DNA of 63,695 bases, filler included, from Octopus bimaculoides (lineage: Eukaryota): NCBI RefSeq assembly GCF_001194135.2. It is 5 parts of 4 records of this genome, joined end to end, with 100 filler letters (N's around TTAATTAATTAA, not from the genome) between each part and the next. Parts side by side here need not be neighbours in the genome. Positions count along the whole stretch, not along the records: positions 1 to 29,705 come from NW_026334859.1; 4 more parts are not named here. One strand, given 5' to 3'. Position numbers and translations under genes: made by a program. The notes beneath the pieces are model-generated. The model saw only the letters and a program-made list of their open reading frames with translations. It ran no database searches and was not told the origin of the DNA. Below are positions 11,801 to 24,148 of the stretch, one piece after another (the stretch's first letter is position 1; the number at the start of each line of letters is the position of its first letter).

Positions 11801-14800
11801 TGAAAACTAAAGGTAGATGTGTTTTACCAAAGCATAATATACTGGGAATGTCTGTGAAGCGTCTAACAGGGTCAGCAAAACTAATTGGCATCTTGAATGG
11901 GCTTGGCCACAGTGCGTCAACATCCATTGTACTTGCACATGATACTTCTCTTGCTAAGCATCAGCTTACCTTGGGTAATCGGATACTTCCTCCTGGAGTT
12001 CAGCACATCTTCACCACTCTCATTTACAACGATAATGACTTTGGCAAGGATACTGTCTGCAAGAAGGGTACCACACATAATACCAATGGCATCATTATTC
12101 AGTACCTCACTAGCCAAGCAGAGCATAAGCCTCCCAAGATCGCTATTCCAAAGGAAAATAGCATTTGAAATTCCTCCAGTGGAGCTCAAAACGTACTATG
12201 GACGTACTATGGACGTACTATGGATGCAAGAAGATTGTACCTCAACAATTCAGCAAATTCAGCCTTAAGTGTAACGAACACCAAGATGCACAAATAAGTG
12301 CACGGGATATTGATGTTGCATGCAGCCTGCTGAAGACAGTGGAGATTGATGAGAAATTACTCCCAGGATGGACAGGAATGAATGTAATACTGAGTAAACC
12401 TATTCCAAAGCAGTCTACAGTCCACTACTTGCCAATCATCGATACCAGTCCTACAGAATTCGACACTGTGAACACAATCCTTGCAAATGCCATGTCAACA
12501 GCTGATACACTCCAGCAAGAAACAGTTGTAGTTTTGACCAGACCATTTATTCAAAAGCTCAGCAGATACAATGGGTTAATGAACTTTATTGAAAGAGGAT
12601 TGTCATTCACTTGGGTGCATTTCACACCATCCTATCTATGTTTGCATGTCTTGGGAAACGGTTTGAAGATGCAGGTTTTGAGAACATCATGATAGAGTCA
12701 AACATCATAGTACAAGGTTCAATTAACAGTGTTCTCAGTGGACACCACTACAATCACAGCATAAGTGCATTGTGGAAGCAATGGGCTCCCTCCCAGATGT
12801 GGACTACACATTGACATATGAAACCCTTGCTAAGCTTCATGCTGATTTTCCCTCTTCCTCTTTCAGTTTGTAAAGGGAAAAGAATTTCAGGCTGTGGCAC
12901 ATCTTCCTGTCATTCTTTTGTGGAACAACATTCAGCCAAAGAGCCAACGTATACTCTGATCAAGCTACACTGAGATGGTTGATGTCATCCTCTTATTTCT
13001 ATGCGCTACAAGGCAAGGAGACTCGAAATTACACCTTTCTTGTATTCTCAGTTTCCTACCTTGGGTCTTCGCCAATTATGCCAGATATCTTCTAGTTTAT
13101 TGGCATGAGATGAGTCAACTACCTGACAGTCATCCACACATTCATTTAAGGGAAGTTTGCTGTCCACCGCCAGACAGACCACAGATTCTGCGGAGTTGCT
13201 TGTGATCAGACAATAGAGCAGACATGCAACAGGGACACGAAAACAAAAGGTGGCATGATTGGATTGACAAGGAACAAAGGTGCAGTTGCCCATTGGATTT
13301 TTCCCAACATGAGTGAAGTGCTACCAGCAAACATTGTGATGAGAGAGCTGGAAGATGGCAAATCCACACAAAAAAAGATCTTAATGTGGCCAACATGGAA
13401 AAATATGAAGAGGATATCTGTAGAGTTGTTGAATCAGTAGAGGCCATGATCAATCCCTTCCCAGAAAATACCGACAGATTCGTGCACATTGCATCAGGAA
13501 TGATAACTTCCTCCAACTCTGTGATGACTATATTTCTGCATATGCAAATGGAGATAATGCTTCCGAGGCATTTTGTGAAGAACATTTACAAGGAGATGGA
13601 GACTTGTTCAAGGTCCTCAAAAAGCACAGCTTCAATGACCAAAGTAAAAGGGAAAGAAATTACAATAAAAGATGATCACAATTTGTTTCAGCATTTGGCT
13701 GTTATTGCTGGAGTAAGGAAACTTCATCTCCAAAACATGATGATGTATAATCATAGCCCTTTCCCACTCACCTTTGCCACAGTTGATGGTTCTTTGACCA
13801 AGACTACAAAAGCAACTCTTCTTCATTCTATTGAGTTCAGTGTAGAGCCTACTCCAGTTGTGGAAAGTATTCCATTGGGTAGTGTGTAGATTGTAGATGG
13901 AATGGCAATGCTCCAATAACCCAAAAGGTTGTGCCAGGTCCATTCAGTGAACTTTCAGAATATGTAGTCAAACAGCTTATTCACTGTGCACACACTGTCC
14001 ACAGCAATACTGTTCACTTTGCGGGAGACACCTACCGAACAGTGAGCATTAAGGCAGCAAAGCGAGGAAGACGAACTGCAAGTGGAAGCCAACTCACTAA
14101 GATCTATGGTCCAGAGCAAAAAGTGCCCAGTCAATGGAAAAAGATTTTGTCATGCAGTCAAAACAAAGGAGCCTTAATTCAGCCATTCATCAAAATGTGG
14201 CAAGAATACCCAATCTTGCTTTGTGATGTCAAAGTTGTCATTGCTCATGATGAAGAGTGTCATTTGCTGCAGAATGGAGATGGTAAAGTCAAGATACAAG
14301 TTGTGAAGGAACTTGAAATGCAACCATGAAGAAACGGACACCAGGCTGTTCTCGCATTGTCAATATGCTGCTGCATCTCTCTCTTCGGCTTCGAGCAGTA
14401 CACCAGCAATCATTATAAAGAGTCCAGACACTTATGTCTTCGTTATTGGCAGAGCAAAGGCTCATCAAATTCAGGGCTAGCTATTCTTTCACACTGGTAG
14501 AGGCAACAACAAGCGTGCACTTAATCTAACAGCTATACAAAATCATCTCAGAGACAGTCTTGCAGATGTCCTTATCAGCCTTCATTGTTTTACACGCTAT
14601 AACTCAACAAGCTGTTTCTTTGGCCGGTCTAAGAAGAAAACTTTGAAGCTCATGACTGAATTTGTTGATTTTCAAGCAGCCTTTCAACAATTTGGTGAAA
14701 CATTCTCTGTAGAAGATGGTCTGGTACACACAGTAGAGAAATTTGTTTGTAGACTGTATGATCAAGATTGTTCGAGTGTCAATACAGCGCCGTATAACAA

Positions 14801-15199
14801 GTTCTTGATGAGCACTAAAGCAGAGATGCACATGCCTCCCACACATGATACCATGGTGAAATACCTGATGAGAACAAACTACCAAGCAGGAGTACATACA
14901 GATGTTTTGAACAGTTTCCCAGTATCCCCAGCCCACACAACCATGGATGGAAGGTAACAGAGGTATTGTGGGGTGATCTTCCACCTGCATCAAGTGCTCT
15001 GCTTGAACTTACTTATTGAAGTTGCAAGATGAATAGCTGTGAGGAACCCAAAGGTGAAGGAAAGGTTCAGTGCTCGTGTCAACAGCACAAAGTAATCTGC
15101 ACAGATCTGTGTAGATGCATTCATTGCCAAATTTTAGCTCAAACAGGAAATGAAGTAGAAGGTGATGAAGATGATACAGACAAGGAGGAAGAAGACTAG
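8869..15199 (+). pseudogene. Academ transposase pseudogene (transposase core + XPG/PIN-like nuclease + Cys-rich tail)
   Basis: Motifs across frames: GYHVDCY, ARYHHSC, LNGLGHSAS, KKGTTHNTNGIIIQ, LPGWTGMN, YLPIIDTSPT, MGAFH, NYARY, GGMIGLTRN, HEETDTR (14325), SPDTYV, HCFTRYNSTSCFFGRSKK, MPPT. It ends SCKMNSCEEPKGEGKVQCSCQQHKVICTDLCRCIHCQILA + acidic tail + TAG (15197-15199). Many stops and frameshifts. Confidence 0.85.
9125..9254. repeat. 13-bp minisatellite (GCATATGCATATA) x10
   Basis: Nine perfect units and one with a single mismatch, counted directly. Confidence 0.97.
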
Positions 15200-15801
15200 A
15201 GGTGTGAGAGCTCACCTCAAATGAGAATGTTGACTTGGATTATCTGTAAATTTCAATTTTACTTGTTTGCATATTCATGCATCAAATTAAACTGTAATTT
15301 ATTACAAGCATAGTTTGTCACTTCTCCAGTGAGTTACAGAAGTGGTACTGGATTCCCATATTTAAACCAACAATATTATTTTACAGACATTTACCTCTAT
15401 GGTAAAGTTTTCATCCTGCATTAACTGAAAATGTATATGATGTTAGACACAGCTTTGAAATGATGGTCAGATGTAGGTATGAAGTGCATTTATCATGCTG
15501 TACATGGTCAATGCAACATGGTCATATAACAAACTGCTTGGGCTCTTTGAATTTATTTGGTTCAGTTTATGCAATCATTAATACGCTACCAACATAAAGT
15601 GTTATTAATGAAGACAAGCTGAAAATGGATATCAGTAACGGTTTTATGTCACATATCTCAAATGTCCAACTTACTTATAGTAAAGTTGACTGGTATCAAT
15701 ATTACATGTGTGGATATTTCTAATCATTCCTCAAAATTTTCTGTTTGGAATGAAGAGATGTGGAGTGAGAGAGAGTGAGGGTGTCTGTGTGTGCATGTAT
15801 G

Positions 15802-15846
<45 letters not shown>

Positions 15847-16561
15847 NNNNNNNNNNNNNNNNNNNNNNNNNNNNNNNNNNNNNNNNNNNNNNNNNNNNNN
15901 NNNNNNNNNNNNNNNNNNNNNNNNNNNNNNNNNNNNNNNNNNNNNNNNNNNNNNNNNNNNNNNNNNNNNNNNNNNNNNNNNNNNNNNNNNNNNNNNNNNN
16001 NNNNNNNNNNNNNNNNNNNNNNNNNNNNNNNNNNNNNNNNNNNNNNNNNNNNNNNNNNNNNNNNNNNNNNNNNNNNNNNNNNNNNNNNNNNNNNNNNNNN
16101 NNNNNNNNNNNNNNNNNNNNNNNNNNNNNNNNNNNNNNNNNNNNNNNNNNNNNNNNNNNNNNNNNNNNNNNNNNNNNNNNNNNNNNNNNNNNNNNNNNNN
16201 NNNNNNNNNNNNNNNNNNNNNNNNNNNNNNNNNNNNNNNNNNNNNNNNNNNNNNNNNNNNNNNNNNNNNNNNNNNNNNNNNNNNNNNNNNNNNNNNNNNN
16301 NNNNNNNNNNNNNNNNNNNNNNNNNNNNNNNNNNNNNNNNNNNNNNNNNNNNNNNNNNNNNNNNNNNNNNNNNNNNNNNNNNNNNNNNNNNNNNNNNNNN
16401 NNNNNNNNNNNNAATCCTATTTATTCTGAAATCAGATTTGATGCAACATTCTGTACGTCATAATCTTTCCTTCACAATAAAAAAGCAGTCTAATACACAC
16501 GCCATTGGCCTCGTTTCCAATTTTGGAATCAAGAGGGTGACAGACATAATTATGAAATATT

Positions 16562-19500
16562 AATCATCATCATCATCATCATCATCGTTTAACGTCCGCT
16601 TTCCATGCTAGCATGGGTTGGACGATTTGACTGAGGACTGGCGAACTGGATAGCTGCACCAGGCTCCAATCTGATCTGGCAGAGTTTCTACAGCTGTATG
16701 CCCTTCCTAACGCCAACCACTCTGAGAGTGTAGTGGATGCTTTTACGTGCCACCAGCACGAAGACCGGTCTCGCGGTACTGGCAACGGCCACGCTCAAAA
16801 AGGTGTTTTTACATGACACCTGCACTGAAGCCAGTCCAGTGGCATTGGCAACAACCTCGCTCGAATGTTTTCTAACGTGCCACTGGCACAAGTGCCAGTA
16901 AGGCGACGCTGGTGACGATCACGCTCAAATGGTGCTATTTACGTGCCACTGGCACGGAAGCCAGACAGCTGATCTGGCAATGACCACTTCAGGACGGTGC
17001 TGTTAGTGCTCCACTGGCGCAGGTACCAGTCAACGAATTTGGTTCAATTACGATTTCGATTTCACTTGCCCTTCGATCTTCGCAAGCAGAGTTTAGTGTC
17101 CAATGAAGTAAAGATACGAATAAGTGAGCTGGTTACACTTCTGGCAGAGGCCACAGATTATGGTCTCACTTGGCTTGTCGGGCTGTCTTACGCACAGCAT
17201 ATTTCCAAAGTTCCCGGTCACTAGTCATTGCCTCGGTGAGGCCTAATGTACAAAGGTCTTGCTTCACCACCTCATCTCAGATCTTCCTGGGTGTACCTCT
17301 TCCACAGGTTCCCTCAATCACTAGGGTGTTCCACTTTTTCACACAGCTATCCTCATCCATTCTTGCCACATGACCATACCAGCGCAATTGTCTCTTTTGC
17401 ACACCACAACTGATGCTTCTTAGGTCCAACTTTTCTCTCAAGGTACTTACACTCTGTCGAGTATGCACACTGACATCACACATCCATCGGAGCATACTGA
17501 CTTAAGTTTCTTGCGAGCTTAATCATGTCCTCAGCAGTCACGGCCCATGTTTCATTGCCATGTAGCATGGCTGTTCGTATACATGCGTCATACAGTCTGC
17601 CTTTTACTCTGAGTGAGAGGCCCTTTGTCACTAGCAGAGGTAAGAGCTCTGTGAACTTGCCCAGGCAATTCTTATTATAGCAGCTACACTTTCAGCGCAC
17701 ACTCTCCCGCTACTAACTTGGTCACCTAGTTGTTGGCACTCCGTCGCTTATGACGTCGAGGGTTCCAGTTGATCCAATCAACGGAACAGCCTGCTCGTGA
17801 AATTAACGTGCAAGTGGCTGAGCACTCCACAGACACGTGTACCCTTAACGTAGTTCTCGGGGGAGATTCAGCGTGACACAGTGTGACAAGGCTGGCCCTT
17901 TGAAATACAGGTACAACAGAAACNNNNNNNNNNNNNNNNNNNNNNNNNNNNNNNNNNNNNNNNNNNNNNNNNNNNNNNNNNNNNNNNNNNNNNNNNNNNN
18001 NNNNNNNNNNNNNNNNNNNNNNNNNNNNNNNNNNNNNNNNNNNNNNNNNNNNNNNNNNNNNNNNNNNNNNNNNNNNNNNNNNNNNNNNNNNNNNNNNNNN
18101 NNNNNNNNNNNNNNNNNNNNNNNNNNNNNNNNNNNNNNNNNNNNNNNNNNNNNNNNNNNNNNNNNNNNNTGGAATGTGGCAAAGGTTGCTTTCTGCACAT
18201 TTTCAGTGTTTATTGTTCCTGAGCATCTGCCACATACAAAAACTATCTTCCTAGTTAGCCTTCCTTTGATATTGCTGCACCTCTTATGTGTCCATAGCTT
18301 ACACTGGGTACATCTTATGGAGTTTCTAACTACGCCTTTTCTACAGATCGAGCAGGGCCATCTACCTGAAGGGGTTTGTGTTTTGTCTACCTTCCTACTT
18401 ATTAGGACTTTGGTTTTAGTTAGGTTGGTTCTTAGGCCCTTCGATTCTGGTCCTTGCTTCCACACATGAAACTTCTCCTCTAGTTCTGGTAGTGACTCAG
18501 CAATTAGGGCAAGGTTATCAGCATAGACGAGCTCCCAAGGGCATCCTGTTTTGAATTCCTGTGTTATTGCCTGGAGGACTATGATAAATAGGAAGGGGCT
18601 GAGGACTGAACCTTGGTAGACCCCTACCTTTATCCGGAATTCTTCACTGTGCTCGTTGCCAACCCTCACCTTACTGACAGCGTACCTGTACATGGCTTGC
18701 ACAGCTCTCACTTACCATTCATCTATCCCTAGTTTTCTCATTGACCACCAGATAAGGGATCGGGAGACCCTGTCAAAGCCAGGTACAGAGGTTTATCTTT
18801 GGCTAGGTATATCTCCTGCAGCTATCTTACTAGAAATATAGCACCAGTGGTGCTTTTCCCTGGCATGAACCTAAACTGCATCTAATCTAAACTGACTCTC
18901 TCCCTAATTAGTTGGGCTATGACCCTCTCCGTGACTTTATTACCTGATCCAACAACTTGATACCTCTGTAATTATTTGTATCTAAAGCGTCACTTTTACC
19001 TTTGTAGCAGCTGACTACGGTGCTGCTACACCAGTCATTGGGTATGACTCTTTCGTGTATCACCTGGTTAACTATACGGGTGACTAGGCTATAGCCGACA
19101 CAGCCAGATATTTTGAGTATCTCTGCAGTAATTCCTGATGGGCCAGGGGCTTACCCTGTCTTCATACTCTTAATTGCTTTATCTACCATGGTACTGTCAA
19201 CTCGGATAGCTGGTCCTTCTGTTGGGTCGACATTCGGCAGACTCTTTTTCTCCCATTCATTCTCTTTATTGAGCAACCTTTCATAGTGCAAGTGAACCAT
19301 CATCCATGCGTACACATTTCTCTCCTACGACATCACGATTCTCTCTCACACACTGTCTTGCAACACGAAATACCTCAAGTCTTTGGTCCTCACGGCGCAG
19401 AACATCAGCAATTTTTTTTCTTATCTGCATCCCCTCTGGCTAAATAAACCTGTCTCCTAGCTTCTCTTCTGGCAGTCTGATACAATTCCCTGCTACCACC

Positions 19501-20283
19501 GTTCTTCCAAGTCTGTTTCTTTTCTCTAATAGCCCTGTCAACAATATTGTTCCACCACCACGTTATTTTGGGTCAAGGGGACTTTGCACCATCCACAGAT
19601 CTGGTCAGTGACTCTCAGCAGGTTTTCCCGTAGAAACCTCCAGTTGTCTTCTACATTGTGTGAAGCTATATCCCCTTCTATTTCGTCAAAGGCTTCGAGT
19701 AATAAGTCTCTAAATCTCTNNNNNNNNNNNNNNNNNNNNNNNNNNNNNNNNNNNNNNNNNNNNNNNNNNNNNNNNNNNNNNNNNATAAGCAGCCATTTTC
19801 CCCCCTTTTCTGGCGAGGATGTAGTCAATGTGGCTAGTGTGTCTGCCAGAACGGTAGGTGACAAGGTGACTGGCAGGTTTCCTGAAGTTAGTATTGCAAA
19901 CCATAAGGTCATTTGCATCGCAGAACTCCAGCAGCCTGGTTCCCTTCTCATTGCGGGAACAAAAACTATAGCCTCCATGTATGCCATGGAAGCCCCCTGT
20001 ATGTTGTCCAACATGTCCATTGAAGTCACTAGCCACAAAGAGAAGGTCCCTGTCATTCGTCAACGAGGTAGTCTGCAAGAGGGTGTCATAAAATCGGTCT
20101 TTCTGTCCATCGGGTAGCCCCGGTTGAGGGACATAGGCCAAAATAATGGTTGCTAACCCATGATGTAGCACTAATCTAATATTAAGTATTCTATCGCATA
20201 CTCTGACTACCTCGATTACTTTATCCACCCATTTCTCCGCAAGAAGTATACCCACGCCCCGACCCAGTCTGTGTTCCTTGCCC
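16562..20283 (-). mobile_element. RTE-clade LINE, 5'-truncated, with APE endonuclease, RT, PHD-like finger and (GAT)n tail
   Basis: APE: GVGILLAEKWVDKV...AYVP...SDFNGHVG...NEKGTRLLEFC...HIDYIL (19710-20285). RT: QGSVLSPFLFII...YADNLAL (18170-18711). C-terminus MLRWMC...QLRWYGHVARM...GRGTPRK, then a trinucleotide tail at 16562-16586. Confidence 0.93.
17731..17922 (-). mobile_element. tRNA-derived SINE (family B, 3' part) inserted in the RTE
   Basis: Near-identical reverse complement of 50140-50331 and similar to 38195-38390; it interrupts the RTE C-terminal coding region. Confidence 0.8.
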
Positions 20284-20468
20284 AATGTGCACTTTTCATG
20301 CTTGACAAGTTTGTGTGGTTGTTAGTCATATTTTTCTCTACCGTTGTGCAAAATTTCATGTAGCTTCCACGTGTTGGTCACAAAAATAAAAACCTATAGC
20401 AATTTTAGATGTCTGCATCCCAGCCTAAATAAGGAAAGGAAAAGGAAAGTATAAGAAGAAAAAGTAAA

Positions 20469-21500
20469 ATGGCTGCATTAGTATTTTTTATAGTAATTGC
20501 TGTGGAAGGATCCTGGCCACCCCATGTGACTGAAAGTGGACTAACGCATTTCAATAACGTAAACAAACTGTGTGAACTCTCAGTAGTTGACAGAAGAATG
20601 CTCCATGAGAAATATTGTAATTACATAGTGCCAAAGGGACTGGTTGAAGTCTGTTTTAAAGAAACCTTGGATATTCTATCTAAAATTTTCAGTGAATGAC
20701 ACTCTTTACTTAATGCACGCTGGCATGAATATTACGAAAAAAGAGGACGAAGATTTTATTACATATGCTGGACTCGTGAATAGGAAATGTGAGAGATTTA
20801 AAATTAATGAATTAATACCAGACATGTTGAAATGTTTAATTTTTGCGCAAGGTTTTACGGCAAAGAAAAACGAGCAGATTCGTAACTGATATCTGACTAA
20901 ATTAGAGCAAAATCAGAAGCTAACACTACATGAAATACCTGATCAATGCCAGAGAATAATAAACATAAGGCACAAAACGAAAAAGATTGAAGTAAGAAAC
21001 TGCTCACATATACAACCAGTGAGACTAAAAGTAAGCAATGAAAAGCAGAAAATTAGCCCATGTTTTGGATGTGGAGAATTACACTACAGATTCAACTGTC
21101 CTTATAAAAAGCGATTATTTAAGATACTATAACTATCAATTACCTAGCCCAGAGGAAATCGTCTCGAAATTAAATGGTGGAAAATAGTTCTCGAAATTAG
21201 ATATTTCTGGTGCCTACTTACAGATACAAGTGGAAGACGAATGTACCAAACTACTACCAATTAATACCCATAAAGGTCTATACACATTTAACCAGCTTTC
21301 GTTTGGCATAAAAGTTTCTTCAGCTATATACCAACAAGTGATGGATATGATGCTTGCAGAGTGTGACTTTGCGATGGCCTGGATGATATAGTAATTAAAA
21401 GTGAATTCTATGGTCTGCATGTCAAGCATGTAAAAGGTGTTTTTGAAAAAAATAAGATATTACGGTTTCACATTGAGTGAAGAGAAATGTGAATTTTTCT
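20469..21500 (+). mobile_element. Second, internally deleted Gypsy copy (gag, zinc knuckle, RT fragment)
   Basis: KKEDEDFITYAGLVNRKCERFKINEL...CLIFAQG; knuckle CFGCGELHYRFNCP; RT LQIQVEDECTKLLPINTHKGLYTFNQLSFGIKVSSAIYQQVMD, homologous to the copy at 1490-1640. Confidence 0.85.
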
Positions 21501-22149
21501 TACCTAAAAATTCACAATATATACACTAATAGAACAAAAGATTCAATCACAAGCCCCATAACAAAACATTCTGATGCAATATAGTACAAGTAGAGTTTGT
21601 ACTTCCCAAGCAATAACAAAACAAAAATGCTTAACCCACCACTGCAAGGCTGTGAACACTGTGAATACTAGTGCAGTACAGCCCATTTAAATGAAGGTAC
21701 ACAGACCCCCCTCCAAGCTTGATGAAGCAAATCTTTCTAGAGTAGTGACAAAAATCACTCCTTACCAGTAAGTTAAAATGGGATTCTTCACGCAAAATGA
21801 AGACTAGAAATAGATTATACCGCATCGTCCATCACGAGGGTCACTAAGGGACGTATCCCCCAGGAAGGAACCAACCAGAGGTCGAAATGTTGAAAATTGG
21901 AACAAACTCACGTACATACAAGTCATTAGTATTTACATACCAGTTCCAGGAAATCGTTTACTATGTAAATTGGTATATCTAATAACTACATACTGCTAGA
22001 TATAGTGGCTATTTAAACATTAATGGATTAGATGGGTGCTGATGAAGGGGCAAAACCCGTGAAATATGGCATATATGCCCATTACTCATTTTGCATCTTT
22101 GATCTCATTGTTTGTTTATGAAATGTAGTAACAGAAGTCAGTGCTGGTA

Positions 22150-22420
22150 ATAACTTCTATTGATATCTGTAGAGATAACCTTAACAATGTTTGCCATAGG
22201 ATGTCTCAGTGACAACAGGATCAAAGAAGTAGTAAAAGAGAACAAGTATGACGAATTGAAGTAGGAAATATGCAGTAGTAATTGGCGTGCTTGAAGTATC
22301 AGCGCTCAACTATCAACATGGCTCAAGAAGATTGGGACAAATGTAAAGATAGAACACCTACAGAAATCATCATTGATGGAACTGCAAGAATTCTCTGCAG
22401 AGTTCTTGAAGCATGATCGG
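22150..22420 (+). mobile_element. 3' fragment of a restriction-like-endonuclease LINE (R4/Hero/NeSL-like)
   Basis: Ends ...TEIIIDGTARILCRVLEA*, resembling the GTARILRxVL terminus of these elements; heavily decayed. Confidence 0.5.
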
Positions 22421-22591
22421 TAAACTAGTGTCACCTTAGTCTGCTGGCTGTAGGCAGCTGAAACTTTCCATCATACCCAGCAAAATAAGCAAAGAGTTTT
22501 CAACAAAATAATAAATTGTATAAAGATTGACGTAACTCTTCACGAAGGTAAATAGGCAATAAGAAGAGCTCGATGTCATTGTAACAGATTG

Positions 22592-22637
22592 TTTAAACGA
22601 TATTTCGACAGTTTGTCTGTCTTTTTCAAGTTCAAAA
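22592..22637 (-). ncRNA. Minimal hammerhead-like motif with U3-A8 variant core
   Basis: Minus strand: UUUUGAAC UUGAAAA A GACAG acaaa CUGUC GAAA U AUC GUUUAAA. Stem I 7 bp (one G-U), stem II 5 bp, palindromic AUAU stem III, AUC triplet. Confidence 0.6.
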
Positions 22638-23665
22638 TGAACGAGGAGATTCTGTTTTCCCACTTTGACAGAATTACATCAGTCTTCAACTTTGCAACTG
22701 GCAAAAGGAAAAGAAAAAAAAAAAAGAAAAAAGCATATTTAGTCGAACAGTTTTGTATAAATGTGAGAAATTCACCTGTCATTTTATTCCTTCCTTCAGG
22801 AAGTGATGTCAGCAACTCACAAACATATCTCTCTTCATGCATTTTGAAGACTGAAAGTGTAATAGATTCAGAATATTTTCTGAGAATGAGCACTCTCAGG
22901 TGTTCTTCAAAATTGCAGACGCTTGATGTAAAATGTTCAGCAAGTTCTACAGAACTACTGCCATTGAGTCTCACGTCATGCCTGTGCCCATTGAATCTTT
23001 GGTTTAATTGTTGTACAGCCAACATAAATTAAGTCGGGTTTGGTGCATTCTGCTGTGTACACCAAATAGGAATCTTTACCCTCCCACCTTCTGTATAACT
23101 CATAACATTTCTGTTATGATTCCTGATAGAACTGATTTGACTTGTTGTTGCACAATGAATGGGGTTTACCTCTCTTGCAGCTGCTTTTCAAGGCATGGCA
23201 TTCAGAAACTCCAATGTTAGTTTTCTTGGAGTCAGAAGTAGAGGTTAATATTTCTCTTATATTCTTATTCCATCTAAAGGCTACAATAGGCAGCTGAAGG
23301 AATATTTGTTTGAAGCGAGGCGACTTTTTTGCAATATGCTGGTAACTATAATATATAACACTCTTCAAATGCCAGCGAAATTTCTGAGCCAGTTAACCAC
23401 CAAAGGAATTGCATCACATATTTCACTTTCTTTTCTAAAATTATACGTTGAAGTTTTACTTTCTTTGCTAATTTTAGCTATGTCATTTAGCTATTCCTTT
23501 TATTATGGTTTACTGTAACCGCATTTGACACAACGTGTGCAAAAGCATTTGCAATATTCCAGTAATCCCCTGTTATCAGTACAAATCCTAAAAACTTTGG
23601 ATTTCAGATTTGACCGAATTAAAAAATGTAGATGGTCAGAGCAGTGGTGGAGGTAAATGTGAGAT
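22592..23665 (-). mobile_element. Penelope-like element fragment (RT thumb + GIY-YIG endonuclease + 3' hammerhead-like motif)
   Basis: YLHHCSDH...LKSKVFRICTD (RT thumb); VYTAECTKPDLIYVGCT...QLNQRFNGHRHD...LAEHF...ERYVCELLTSLPEGRN (GIY-YIG). Confidence 0.8.
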
Positions 23666-24076
23666 GACATAGGCAAAATCCTGAAGATAGTGAATATGAG
23701 GTAGAGGGTGTAGAGGAAGAGAAATATGAATAATGTAGTCCTAAATGTATAAATAGAAATGAGACTTGCGGTTTTTGTCAATCACCATTGATCAAGATCT
23801 GAGGCACAGTAAATGATTTGCAGGCAGAATTACGTACACAAGCTGATAGATTCGTATATAATCACACATACACACAAACATACATATGCACTTCAAAGAA
23901 ATCATACAGACACTATCACATTGTCATACACATCCACATAAACATTCGTACACATTTACACACGTGGAGGAAAAGTTAGAGAGATAAAGAAAAAGAAGAA
24001 ATGAAGATTGGAAGACATTAAATATTTTAAAATATAACAGCAGCGAAAGAGTATCAACAAGATTGATCCAACTTAC

Positions 24077-24148
24077 AATTTTATTAAACTAGGAAGATTT
24101 TGGAAGGTTCGCTCTCCAATACGTGAGATTTCATTATTCTCCAGGTAT
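24077..24148 (-). CDS. LRR gene exon 4 (72 nt): YLENNEISRIGERTFQNLPSLIKL
   Basis: ttttatgttAG|atacctggag...ataaaatt|GTAAGTtggatcaa; 72 nt, same phase, LRR consensus. Confidence 0.88.

Larger units (their letters stand above)
8585..20427 (+). mobile_element. Academ (AcademX-type) DNA transposon with both ends, containing nested insertions
   Basis: Termini TAGG...CCTA with 3-bp target duplication AAT (8582-8584 and 20428-20430). Imperfect ~135-145 bp TIRs share TAGG.TG..ATGCA, TTTTTGTGACCA.CA and CAAACT...CAAGCAT...TGCACATT blocks. The internal decayed large ORF has Academ domain order, and GAA-rich host intron flanks both sides. Confidence 0.85.
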
